From a virus (lineage: Duplodnaviria; Caudoviricetes), in the IMG/VR virus record IMGVR_UViG_3300037264_002561, positions 895-64,894 of that record: a stretch of 64,000 nucleotides of DNA; one strand, given 5' to 3'. Below, in pieces: positions 1 to 8,663 of this stretch. How positions within the stretch are numbered: position 1 is the first letter of the stretch; every line of letters starts with the position of its first letter. Below the pieces are notes generated by a model, which saw only the letters and a list, made by a program, of their open reading frames with translations, had not been told where the DNA came from and made no database searches. A program made the position numbers and the translations under genes.

Positions 1-1
1 C

Positions 2-1345
2 CGCGTCAATTCGTTCCAGATCGTCGAGGCCCCCGAGAAACTCCGCTTCCGCAAGTTCGTGCAAGCGGTGGGTCAGACGGGTCGTTATGTCTGGTTCAAG
101 GAGTTCGGCGATCCTCGGATCATGGACCGGAACACCGGTCAGTTCGTCGGTGAGTATCTCTGGAACCCCGACTCCGAACAGTACGATCGGATCTTCTATA
201 CCGACTTCGCCACGAAGACCACCATCGCCGAGCAAGTCTTCCTGGCATCTCATCCGTCTTTCGTGGAAGCCACCGAGATCCTGTTCTACGCGCGTTACAA
301 CGCGATGGGCAGCCCCTATCCGGTCCCGCGGTGGTTCTCGTGCCTCACCCTGGCCCAGGGCCTCATTGCCATGGAAGAGGTCAATGCAAGTTGGTTCGAC
401 AACAACCTCATCCCACCGATTCTCTTCAAGGTCATCGACGGGAACATGAGCAAGAAGAGCGAGCGAAGCATCCGGGCGCTCTTCGAGACTCAGAAGCGTG
501 GGCGTGAGAAGGCTCATGGCTTCGTCATCATGGAGGTCAACGGCTCGTCCCAGGCCAACAACTTCACCAACACCGGCAAGCCGACGGTGGAGATCGAGAA
601 GCTCCGGGACACGATCCAGACCGATGCCACGCACTCTGGCTACGACGAAAAGGGTCGACTCAAGATGCGGGGATGCTGGAAGCTCCCCCCTTCGCACGTC
701 GGGCAGGAGAGCCAGTACACGCGCCAGAGCATCTTGGCCTCGAAAGTTGCGGCCGAGGAACAGACTTTCCGGCCCGAGGCGGTCGACTTCGACGACTGGG
801 TGAACAAGCACCTCTTCCCATCCATGCGGATCAACCATTGGTACTTCCGCACGAACCGGCCCCCGGTGGCGGACAACCTCCAGATGGCTGAAGTCCTCGA
901 GCGGCTCGGCAAGAGCGGCTTCCTTGGCGTCGGCGAGGCTCGGCCCGAGATCGAACAGATCCTCAACCGGAAGGTAGCTCCCTTCAAGGACAAGCGCCTG
1001 ACGGATACTCCGTTCCCTCTCATCCTCATCGAGACCAAGGCCGATCAGCAGAAGGGACCCCCCGAGCTGTCGAGCGAGAAGCCCGAGGAAATGATGGGAG
1101 GGCGGCCCGACAAGGAAGGGATGGCCTCGGACATCGGGGCCATCAAGATGTCTTTCCAGAAGACGTACGGGGTTAAGATCCAGGGCGTGCACAGGGCCGA
1201 TCTCGATTGGGCCGATGATCTGCTTGGCGTCGTCCTGGCCAAGAGTGGGGCCACCTTCCTCCAGGAGGGGAAGGATCTCTACTTCGTGATGGTCGACCAG
1301 ATCGGCCGGCGTCACTCCTTCATCCAATCGGCAAGGGCTTTCTGA
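2..1345 (+). CDS. Phage portal protein (PBSX/XkdE-like), 5' end outside window
   Basis: Frame is open from base 2; motifs WFKEFGDPR, SPYPVPRW, N-x-x-WFDNNLIPP and KLPPSHVG are typical of this portal family; lies upstream of protease and capsid genes. Confidence 0.85.
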   Translation, partial: RVNSFQIVEAPEKLRFRKFVQAVGQTGRYVWFKEFGDPRIMDRNTGQFVGEYLWNPDSEQYDRIFYTDFATKTTIAEQVFLASHPSFVEATEILFYARYNAMGSPYPVPRWFSCLTLAQGLIAMEEVNASWFDNNLIPPILFKVIDGNMSKKSERSIRALFETQKRGREKAHGFVIMEVNGSSQANNFTNTGKPTVEIEKLRDTIQTDATHSGYDEKGRLKMRGCWKLPPSHVGQESQYTRQSILASKVAAEEQTFRPEAVDFDDWVNKHLFPSMRINHWYFRTNRPPVADNLQMAEVLERLGKSGFLGVGEARPEIEQILNRKVAPFKDKRLTDTPFPLILIETKADQQKGPPELSSEKPEEMMGGRPDKEGMASDIGAIKMSFQKTYGVKIQGVHRADLDWADDLLGVVLAKSGATFLQEGKDLYFVMVDQIGRRHSFIQSARAF

Positions 1346-1725
1346 TGGAGCCTGTGCTGGACTTCAAGAGCCGGGTCCTCGAGTACGCGGCCACGATGTC
1401 GGACGAGGAGTACGCGCAGCTCATCATCCGCTTCGAGAAGCTCATCGTCCTCACCCGCGAGTTCTTCGATCTGATCGATCCCGTACTCACGAAGGTTGGT
1501 GTCAGGCCTTCCGGGACGCCGAGCGAGGAACTCCCTGACCCGCTCTGTGCGACCTGTGCGCGACCTTGTCCCGAGGCTTCGCCGCAAACCCAGGAGTGCA
1601 AGAAGTACTACGAGTTCATTCCTGACAAGTGCCCCACTTGCGTCTACCTGGACACGACTTGCACGCGCGTCGATCCATGTCGAGCGGGAGCTGGATACGA
1701 GCCAGCCGAAGGGGTGGCGGTCTGA
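1345..1725 (+). CDS. Hypothetical Cys-rich (putative metal-binding) protein
   Basis: TGATG overlap with portal stop; CATCARPC, CPTC, C..C clusters. Confidence 0.65.
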   Translation: MEPVLDFKSRVLEYAATMSDEEYAQLIIRFEKLIVLTREFFDLIDPVLTKVGVRPSGTPSEELPDPLCATCARPCPEASPQTQECKKYYEFIPDKCPTCVYLDTTCTRVDPCRAGAGYEPAEGVAV

Positions 1726-1727
1726 TC

Positions 1728-2090
1728 GTGTATCGCTCTCGTCGCTTTCCGGGCCTCTCAGACCCTCTTGCTCTCTATCTTCATCGCGGCGGCATTCCTC
1801 GGGCTCGACCTGAAGAGGTCTCGGAAACTCCGGAGTCGGCCGAGGATCTCGAAGCCAAGAGACTCAAAGAGCACGCCACACTCCACGAATGCCGTCAGCC
1901 GGAAGGTGGGGTATGCCCCTACGACCGACTAGAGGAGGACGACAAGCGATGTGCCCTAGCGACGAAGATGTCCGTGAAGTGTGTCTATCTGGGCAAGGTC
2001 GTCCCCCTCAAAATGGCCGTCCAGGCGAAAGAGACCGAAGAGAAGCGTCGGCTCCCCTATCGAGGCCGGGCTCCGAAAATCGAGGTGTGA
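1728..2090 (+). CDS. Hypothetical protein with C-terminal Cys cluster
   Basis: GTG 2 nt after upstream stop; HEC...CPY...C...C; fills gap in operon. Confidence 0.55.
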   Translation: MYRSRRFPGLSDPLALYLHRGGIPRARPEEVSETPESAEDLEAKRLKEHATLHECRQPEGGVCPYDRLEEDDKRCALATKMSVKCVYLGKVVPLKMAVQAKETEEKRRLPYRGRAPKIEV

Positions 2091-2092
2091 AC

Positions 2093-2326
2093 GTGGCTCA
2101 GTCGCCCGATTCTCGACGCAACACCCTCAACGCCTTGGCCATCATCAATCGCCTGTCCACGAAGGGCTCCTTCGTCAAGTTGGAGCTCTACTTCGATGAC
2201 GGCGTCCTCCGCGATCAGTACAAGGTGGATGCGACTCTCAAGCAGCTCAAGCTCTCGAACGACGAGTTCGCCAAGGTGCTCGACGCCACCTTGGGGATCA
2301 CTGTTCCGGATGCCACGAAACAGTAG
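2093..2326 (+). CDS. Hypothetical protein (77 aa)
   Basis: GAGGTG RBS then GTG at 2093; codon usage like neighbouring genes. Confidence 0.6.
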   Translation: MAQSPDSRRNTLNALAIINRLSTKGSFVKLELYFDDGVLRDQYKVDATLKQLKLSNDEFAKVLDATLGITVPDATKQ

Positions 2327-2329
2327 GGG

Positions 2330-2359
2330 TTGAACGCGCGGGGGAACTCAGACTATCTT
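2330..2359 (+). promoter_or_regulatory. Putative sigma70-type promoter TTGAAC-N18-TATCTT for head operon
   Basis: Intergenic, upstream of protease gene, followed 20 nt later by the dispersed palindrome. Confidence 0.4.
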
Positions 2360-2378
2360 GTGAAGGAAGTAGCCAGTC

Positions 2379-2393
2379 CGTAATCAGATTACG
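2379..2393. repeat. Dispersed palindrome copy 1 (CGTAATCAGATTACG)
   Basis: Perfect inverted repeat, extends to TCCGTAATC-A-GATTACGGA 2377-2395; intergenic. Confidence 0.9.
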
Positions 2394-2476
2394 GATCGGG
2401 GAGCCGGAGACACGGGCCCGTGGTAGGAGTCATCACGACTCCGGCCGCGGGCCTTCTCCTTGTGGAGACTGCGCAG

Positions 2477-5092
2477 ATGCCAGGTTCGATTTCCGAGGTC
2501 GCCAAGAACGGAGCCGGTGAGATGGCCTTGGGCCATTGCGGCTGCGAGTGCGAAGCCTGCGAGAGCTGCTCCAACGAGATGGAGAAGGCGGCGGGCCCGA
2601 AACGCAGCGAGCTCCCCGACTCCGACTTCGCCGTCATCCGGACGGTCGACGACAAGAAGCTCCGTCAGCTACGCATCGACGACGAGTCCCACGCCCGCAA
2701 CGCGCTGGCCCGGATGAACCAAGTTCTCCCGAAGCTCTCCTCTTCCCAGACAAGCGCGGTGCGTCGCAAGATCAAGGGGCGCTACCCCAAGATCGAGGTC
2801 ACGGGGGTGGAGAAGATCGACTGGAAGACCGCCATCCCTCGCCCCCTCTACGTGCGCCGCAACCTCCTCAATGCTGGCGAGTTCATCAAGTGGGCGAAGA
2901 GCCAGGGGTTCAAGTCCACTCTTCCGGCCGAAGAGATGCACGTCACCCTCGTCTACAGCAAGACGGCCGTGGACTGGGAACAGTTCACCGAACGGACCGA
3001 CATCGTCGGTCTCTACGCGGTCACCGAGAAGAGGAAGCTCACTCCTCTCGGGAAGGACGGCGCCATCGTCCTTCAGTTCCAGAGCTCCGAGCTATCAGTC
3101 CGCCACGAAGAGTTCGGTCGTGGGGGAGCCAGTTGGGACTACCCCAGCTTCCACCCGCACGTGACGGTTTCGTACAACGCCGAGGGCTTGGATCTTTCGA
3201 CGATCCCTCCGTACGCCGGCTACCTCGAGTTCGGGCCCGAGATCTTCGACGAGATCGACGATACTTGGAAGATGCGTGCCGTGGAGAAGTTCGAGCTCGC
3301 AAACCTCCAGAGCATCGAGGTCAGCAAGAGCGAGTTCAAGGGCCGGGATGCGGCGGTCGCCTGGGCCAAGTCCCAGAAGCTCGATACCCAGCGGCTCGTT
3401 GATCTTCACGACGTCTGGATCTTCATCCAGAAGGATCATGAGGGTGGTCGGCTGAAGGAACGGGTTCTGGATACGGGTCTCGTCGCCAAGTTCGAGCTTC
3501 GCGAGGCGGTCAACAAGATCATCCCCTTCGCCAAGGTGAACGCGGAGGAGCGAACGGTCGAGGGTGTCGTCTACGAGCCTTACGTCCCTGACTCCCAGGG
3601 CGACTGGATGACCCCCGAGGACATCCAGAAGGCTGCCTGGGGCTTCCTCGAGAAGATGCGTCAGCGCCAGGTGGACACCGACCACGATGAGGTCGCCAAG
3701 GACTGTTCCCTGGTCGAGTCCTTCATCGCTCCCCCGAACCATCCTCTCTACCCGGTCGGGGCATGGGTCGCCAAGACCAAGATCAACGCCGACGCTGTCT
3801 GGGATCGGGTCCTGAAGGGTGATCTGAACGGCTACAGCATGGCCGGGCAGGGAGAGCGTCTCGTGGGGGCCTCACCCCCCAATGGTCTCTTCACGAAAGC
3901 CGACCAGCCGGCGACGGTAGAAGACGTTTTGATCTCCAAGGCGGCCACCATGCAGAGGACCCACGGGCGTCTCCGCAAGGTGGATGTGCTCTTTCTCTCC
4001 CTCGTGAAGCGTGGGGCCAACGGGCACGACTTCATGTTCAAGAAGACCGACGAAGCCGATCAGGTGACGATCTTCAAGTCCCGAGACCTTCAACTCGCTT
4101 CCGGCGAGTGCCAGATCCAGTTCGACGGCCCCCTGACTCGCTTCTGGAAGTCCCTCAAGAGCACGTTCGGGAGCAATTCTCAAGAAACCCCCGGGTCGGT
4201 CGACGCCCCGGATACCCACGGAAAGGTGGATGCAGTGAGCATCGGCAAGCAGTTCGCCGGCCTCGTGGCGATGATCGCCAAGCAGTCGGCCGACGCGCAA
4301 CAGATCATCCTGGAGATGGCCAAGACTCCGGCCGTCGGACAGGTGGTGAAGCAGACCCCGGCCTTCCAGACCTTCCTGAGCAAGGTGAATCCCGCGGAGG
4401 TGGCGAAGCTCAGCAAGTTCGCCCAGGACGTCGGCTCCCTGACCCAGCTCCCCGACAACGGCGTGATCCTGCCGGCGGCCCAGGACTTCTTCGGGTTCGT
4501 CCAGGCCCTCGACGACCCGACCAAGTGGATGGGAGGCTCCCTCCCCGGCGGTGCCGACGGGGCCAGCGGCTCCATGGGCGGCTTCGGGAAGGGTGGTCTG
4601 CCCCCGTGGCTGGAGGGCAAGGACAAGGAAAAGGACAAGGAGAAGGACGTCAAGAAGGACGAGACCCCCGCTCCGGCCAATCCCATGGCCGGCTACGAGG
4701 CGGCTCTCCAGAAGGCCCTCGGCGTCGTGGTCGAGAAGTTCACCGCCGAGCTGGCTGGTGTGAAGGCCGAGCTCGCCACCGTGGCCAAGGCCGCCGGTCA
4801 GCCCACTCCTCCCCCCGCGGGAGGCCTGAGCGCCCAGGGCGTGACCCCGGCTCCGGCCACTCCCCCCGGACCCGGAGCGTTCGCCATCTTCCAGGACTCC
4901 GATGCTGAGGAGATGGTGAAGACCGACATCGCCAAGGGCTACTCCACCCCCATGAACCCCTTCGGTGGGGTGGCCGACGCCAGTGGCATCCTCACCGGTC
5001 CTCGCGATCCCAAGCCCCAGGCCACGGGGTACAACCCGGGCCTTCACTTCGACCAAGTCCTGACCGCCCGCCAGCAGCGCGGCGGTCGCTGA
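2477..5092 (+). CDS. Multidomain prohead protease/scaffold polyprotein: DUF6582-like + Acb1-like 2H phosphodiesterase + small domain + XkdF-like serine protease + scaffold
   Basis: XkdF-like motifs GVVYEP..PDSQGDWMTPEDIQKAA, VDTDHD, LVESFIAP, GDLNGYSMAG, LSLVKRGAN; two HVT motifs at 2939 and 3158; low-complexity/coiled C-terminus; directly upstream of capsid. Start ATG 2477 (GGAG RBS) or GTG 2420. Confidence 0.85.
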   Translation: MPGSISEVAKNGAGEMALGHCGCECEACESCSNEMEKAAGPKRSELPDSDFAVIRTVDDKKLRQLRIDDESHARNALARMNQVLPKLSSSQTSAVRRKIKGRYPKIEVTGVEKIDWKTAIPRPLYVRRNLLNAGEFIKWAKSQGFKSTLPAEEMHVTLVYSKTAVDWEQFTERTDIVGLYAVTEKRKLTPLGKDGAIVLQFQSSELSVRHEEFGRGGASWDYPSFHPHVTVSYNAEGLDLSTIPPYAGYLEFGPEIFDEIDDTWKMRAVEKFELANLQSIEVSKSEFKGRDAAVAWAKSQKLDTQRLVDLHDVWIFIQKDHEGGRLKERVLDTGLVAKFELREAVNKIIPFAKVNAEERTVEGVVYEPYVPDSQGDWMTPEDIQKAAWGFLEKMRQRQVDTDHDEVAKDCSLVESFIAPPNHPLYPVGAWVAKTKINADAVWDRVLKGDLNGYSMAGQGERLVGASPPNGLFTKADQPATVEDVLISKAATMQRTHGRLRKVDVLFLSLVKRGANGHDFMFKKTDEADQVTIFKSRDLQLASGECQIQFDGPLTRFWKSLKSTFGSNSQETPGSVDAPDTHGKVDAVSIGKQFAGLVAMIAKQSADAQQIILEMAKTPAVGQVVKQTPAFQTFLSKVNPAEVAKLSKFAQDVGSLTQLPDNGVILPAAQDFFGFVQALDDPTKWMGGSLPGGADGASGSMGGFGKGGLPPWLEGKDKEKDKEKDVKKDETPAPANPMAGYEAALQKALGVVVEKFTAELAGVKAELATVAKAAGQPTPPPAGGLSAQGVTPAPATPPGPGAFAIFQDSDAEEMVKTDIAKGYSTPMNPFGGVADASGILTGPRDPKPQATGYNPGLHFDQVLTARQQRGGR

Positions 5093-5123
5093 GCAACCGC
5101 CACAGGGAAGGAATCCAGACACC

Positions 5124-6263
5124 ATGGCGAACAACCTGATGCAGCAAGTCCTGTTCGAGAAGACCGCGATCGCGGTACAGGATCTCGCCGACGGTGCCGG
5201 CTACCTGATGCCGGTTCCCGCTCGGCGGTTCCTCCGCATCGGCCTCCCGGCCACCTCCATCCTCAAGATGGCCAGGCTCCACCCGATGTCCTCGCCCGAG
5301 GAGCACCTCGACAAGTTCCGCTGGCACGTGCGGGTCCTGCGGGCCGGCACCTCGGCCACGGCCCTGTCGGAAGTCGAGAAGCCCAAGCCCCAGCTCACCA
5401 AGCGGGTCCTCCAGGCCCGGCTGGTGAAGGCGCAGATCGATCTGCCCATCGAGACCCTCGAGGACAACATCGAGAAGCAGGGGTTCATGCAGACCCTCTT
5501 CGACGGCCTGGCTCCCCGGGTGGGGCTGGACTGGGAAGAGCTCCTGGTCAACGGCGACGTGGACAACGCCGTCGACGCCTACCTGGCGCTCTTCGACGGC
5601 ATCTACAAGCAGGCGAGCTCGATCATCTACAACCACTTGGGCGGCCCCGTGTCGCTCGACCTGTGGACCAAGATGGTCAAGCTCATGCCGCCCGAGTTCC
5701 AGAGCTCCCTGTTGGGTGGGGCGAAGTTCTTCACCCCGTTCAACCTCCAGCACGACTGGCGCGCCAACCTGGCCGGTCGCGTGGGGCCCGTGGGTGACTC
5801 CAACCTCCAGACCCTCAAGGAGGTCGGGGCGTTCGGCATCCCGATCGAGCCGGTCGTCAACGTGCGCGACGACGTGAGCTACAACGGGCTGGCGAACCAC
5901 GCGGACATCCTGCTCACCAACCCCGCAGCCAACATCGTCGTGGGCCTGTACGGCGGCCTCCGCCTGTTCATGGACCTCAACGTCGAGACCGGGGTCTGGA
6001 AGATCGTGCTCCGCTTCCGCACGGACGCGAAGCTGATCGAGCAGACCGCTGCCGTCAAGGGCCGCAACGTGCTGATCGGGGCCACCTCGCAGAGGGTTGG
6101 CGGTTCCTCGACCGCCCGCCTCCTGCCGGACAACCCCGCGGCCCTCTCGGTCCTGGGCTTCACCACTCCGGAGAACGATGCCGAGGGCTTCGACGATGGG
6201 ATCACCTCCTTCGTCCCCCCGGCGAACCTCGGCATCACTGCCCCGGTCAAGTTCACCCCCTGA
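5124..6263 (+). CDS. Major capsid protein (HK97 fold, XkdG-like)
   Basis: Follows protease/scaffold; 379 aa; ETLEDNIEK, DWEELLVNGD, FDGIYKQA; strongest codon bias in window. Confidence 0.9.
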   Translation: MANNLMQQVLFEKTAIAVQDLADGAGYLMPVPARRFLRIGLPATSILKMARLHPMSSPEEHLDKFRWHVRVLRAGTSATALSEVEKPKPQLTKRVLQARLVKAQIDLPIETLEDNIEKQGFMQTLFDGLAPRVGLDWEELLVNGDVDNAVDAYLALFDGIYKQASSIIYNHLGGPVSLDLWTKMVKLMPPEFQSSLLGGAKFFTPFNLQHDWRANLAGRVGPVGDSNLQTLKEVGAFGIPIEPVVNVRDDVSYNGLANHADILLTNPAANIVVGLYGGLRLFMDLNVETGVWKIVLRFRTDAKLIEQTAAVKGRNVLIGATSQRVGGSSTARLLPDNPAALSVLGFTTPENDAEGFDDGITSFVPPANLGITAPVKFTP

Positions 6264-6289
6264 TCGAGGCCTTCGAGAAGAACATCGAA

Positions 6290-6320
6290 CCCCCGGGCGA
6301 GAACAAACCTCGCCCGGGGG
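6290..6320 (+). terminator. 12-bp perfect GC stem-loop after capsid gene (partial terminator or mRNA stabiliser)
   Basis: CCCCCGGGCGAG-N7-CTCGCCCGGGGG; no U-tract. Confidence 0.65.
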
Positions 6321-6340
6321 ATAAGAGAGGGATCTGACAG

Positions 6341-7690
6341 ATGGCAGACGAACTGATCGACCCCTTTGTCACCGGGCAAGTCGGTGACGAGGACGTCGCT
6401 CCTCCCCTTCCCTCGGACGCCGAGCAGCGGGCCGAGTTCATGCGTGGCAACCTCCCGGGGTACCTCCAGTCGCTCACGGCCGTCGACAAGGGCTCCGCTC
6501 CGGCGGCATCCGTCCAAGCTGTGCTCGATTCCGGGTCGGCCGAGACCTACGACTTCTCGGCGCTCGATGGCGAGTCGCTCGAGCTGATCGTGGACGACTA
6601 CGAGGGTCGCAAGGACCGTCCCGGAACTCCCGGGGTCCTCACCGGAGGCGCCGGGCCCGTCATCGCGACCGTGAACACGGTCAACGACCAGGCCACCGTC
6701 GCCATCAATGGTGAGGCCCCCCAAGCGATCGACATCGGAACCAAGGCCACTGGGGCGCTCGTAGCGGCTCAGATCCAGACGGCGGTCCGAGCACTGACCG
6801 CGGCCACTGCCAAGAACCAGGCGGCCTATGACGGCTTCTTGGCCGAGTACGTGGCGCCGAGCTTCTCGACCACGTTGGCCACGGAACTCGCCAACGGCGT
6901 CAAGGTGTATTCGGTCTTGGCCGCCTCGGTGGCCAAGCTCAAGATCGGGGACACGATCGCGATCGCCGACCAGGCCGGTGGTCCGGCAGCGGCCTTCTCG
7001 ACCCCCGTGATCGACATCGACCGGGTGGCCAAGAGGATCTACATCAAGGGATGGACCCCCGGTGAAGCCATCGAAGTCGGCGCCCTGATCCGCATCCGGG
7101 ACGACCACTACGAGTTCACCGTCGGCAAGGCCGGCGCCGAATCGGCAGTGGTCTTCGCTGCGGGTGTGGCGGACATGGCCGTCGGCCTCAAGCTGACGGT
7201 CGCGGCGGGCGCCCTGGCCACCGCAGGAAAGGACGCCGACGGCCCACAGAAGATCACCTTCGTGGATGCTGATTTCGTCGATCCCGCGGCTGCGACGGCT
7301 GCCGAGGTGGCGGTGAAGATCAACGCCAGCCTCACTGGAGCCGTCGCCTCGGACAACGCGGGGACGCTCCGTATCACGTCCACGAAGTACGGCGAGAGCG
7401 CCAACCTCAAGGCGTCTGCGGGCGTCGTCCAGGTCGCTCTCGATCTTCCCACCACCATCGAGGTGGGAACCAACAGCGACTTCGCCCTGAGTCTCGTCGA
7501 TGCCGAGATCGTGAACATCCAGAAGTACACGATCGGCTCCGGGGTCGTGGGGATCAACATGACCAGCCTCGCGGGCGTCCGCGTCGAAGGCAAGAACCTC
7601 GTGAACGTGGATGGTACGGACCACGGCGCGGGTGGCACCCTCGGCTGGATCGTGACCTCTCGTCCCAAGCGAGTCCCCGTCCCGGCCTGA
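6341..7690 (+). CDS. Virion structural protein (probable capsid decoration/appendage)
   Basis: Follows MCP; Ala/Gly/Val/Thr-rich; shares domains with sheath and baseplate J. Confidence 0.75.
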   Translation: MADELIDPFVTGQVGDEDVAPPLPSDAEQRAEFMRGNLPGYLQSLTAVDKGSAPAASVQAVLDSGSAETYDFSALDGESLELIVDDYEGRKDRPGTPGVLTGGAGPVIATVNTVNDQATVAINGEAPQAIDIGTKATGALVAAQIQTAVRALTAATAKNQAAYDGFLAEYVAPSFSTTLATELANGVKVYSVLAASVAKLKIGDTIAIADQAGGPAAAFSTPVIDIDRVAKRIYIKGWTPGEAIEVGALIRIRDDHYEFTVGKAGAESAVVFAAGVADMAVGLKLTVAAGALATAGKDADGPQKITFVDADFVDPAAATAAEVAVKINASLTGAVASDNAGTLRITSTKYGESANLKASAGVVQVALDLPTTIEVGTNSDFALSLVDAEIVNIQKYTIGSGVVGINMTSLAGVRVEGKNLVNVDGTDHGAGGTLGWIVTSRPKRVPVPA

Positions 7691-7739
7691 TCCCCCTGAC
7701 CTGAACCTCATCTGACCTCATCACGATTGGAGAACTACG

Positions 7740-8354
7740 ATGCACCAGATCCACTGGCCTTTCGGCACCGACGACAAGTGCGCTGCCCGGATCCATCCCG
7801 GCAGCCCCAACTTCCCGACCCCCGACACCTTGGCTTACCCGAGCTTCACCCTCCGCAAGCATCCCGGGCAGGACAAGAACCCCAACCTGGGGTGGTACGA
7901 GGTCGACCGGAAGGCGTACGAGATCCTCTCGCAGGAGCGCCACCCACAGTCTGGGCTCCCGATCGTCCAGTTCACCCACAGCCCTCTTCAGCCCACCCGG
8001 CAGAGCCAGGCGCTCGCGGCCAAGAAGAAGACCGTCCGAGGGGCGATCGACCCGGAGTTCTTCGCGGAGGCCGTAGCTTCGGGAGTCCGCCAGGTCTTGC
8101 AGGAGATGGGGATCAAAGGGCCCGTTCCAGTGGCTCCCGAACCCCCGGCTCCGGCTGTCACCCCCCTCGTCGACCCCCCGGGAGAGACTCCCGGAGTGAA
8201 GGTCGTCGGAACCGAGGAAGAGACCTCGGAGGAAGGGGTCGAAGGAGGAGAGCCGGCTTCCAAGGAGGACCCCCCTCCGCCGGAAGATCCCAAGGGAGAA
8301 GCTCCGACCGAGACCCCCAAGGGAACCCGGCGGCTCCGTCTCCGGAAGGGATAG
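7740..8354 (+). CDS. Hypothetical protein with Pro/Glu-rich tail
   Basis: GGAGA RBS; good codon usage. Confidence 0.7.
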   Translation: MHQIHWPFGTDDKCAARIHPGSPNFPTPDTLAYPSFTLRKHPGQDKNPNLGWYEVDRKAYEILSQERHPQSGLPIVQFTHSPLQPTRQSQALAAKKKTVRGAIDPEFFAEAVASGVRQVLQEMGIKGPVPVAPEPPAPAVTPLVDPPGETPGVKVVGTEEETSEEGVEGGEPASKEDPPPPEDPKGEAPTETPKGTRRLRLRKG

Positions 8355-8357
8355 TCC

Positions 8358-8636
8358 ATGGACGTCCCCCCTGGAGAGGTCTACTCGACCGAGTCCTTGG
8401 ACCTGGCCTCCTACTTTCTCGGGGTAGGAGGCCTGGCTTTCCTCGGGTTCGAGGCGCTCAGCCCCGGCCGCCACATCTTCTTCATCCACGACCCCGAAGG
8501 AAGGGCTCCTGGTTACGCCAAGGAGTTCATCAACAGCCCGTACGCACTCGCCCTCGATCAGCGGAAGCGCCTCATCACGATCACTCGTGCTGGCAGCAAC
8601 AAGACAAGGGAGATAGGGACTGCCAGGGGTAGGTGA
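8358..8636 (+). CDS. Small DUF5659-like phage protein
   Basis: YSTESLDLASYFL...HIFFIH pattern resembles the family. Confidence 0.55.
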   Translation: MDVPPGEVYSTESLDLASYFLGVGGLAFLGFEALSPGRHIFFIHDPEGRAPGYAKEFINSPYALALDQRKRLITITRAGSNKTREIGTARGR

Positions 8637-8663
8637 GAAGCCCACCCCTGGCTCCCGAGAGCC

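Noticed and set aside
5879-7711. Long antisense/alternate-frame ORFs (also 7554-9563, 13957-16278, 50992-52614, 59749-61101, 61109-63316)
   Set aside because: Shadow ORFs expected from strong GC3 bias of the real genes on the opposite strand; no motifs, no RBS
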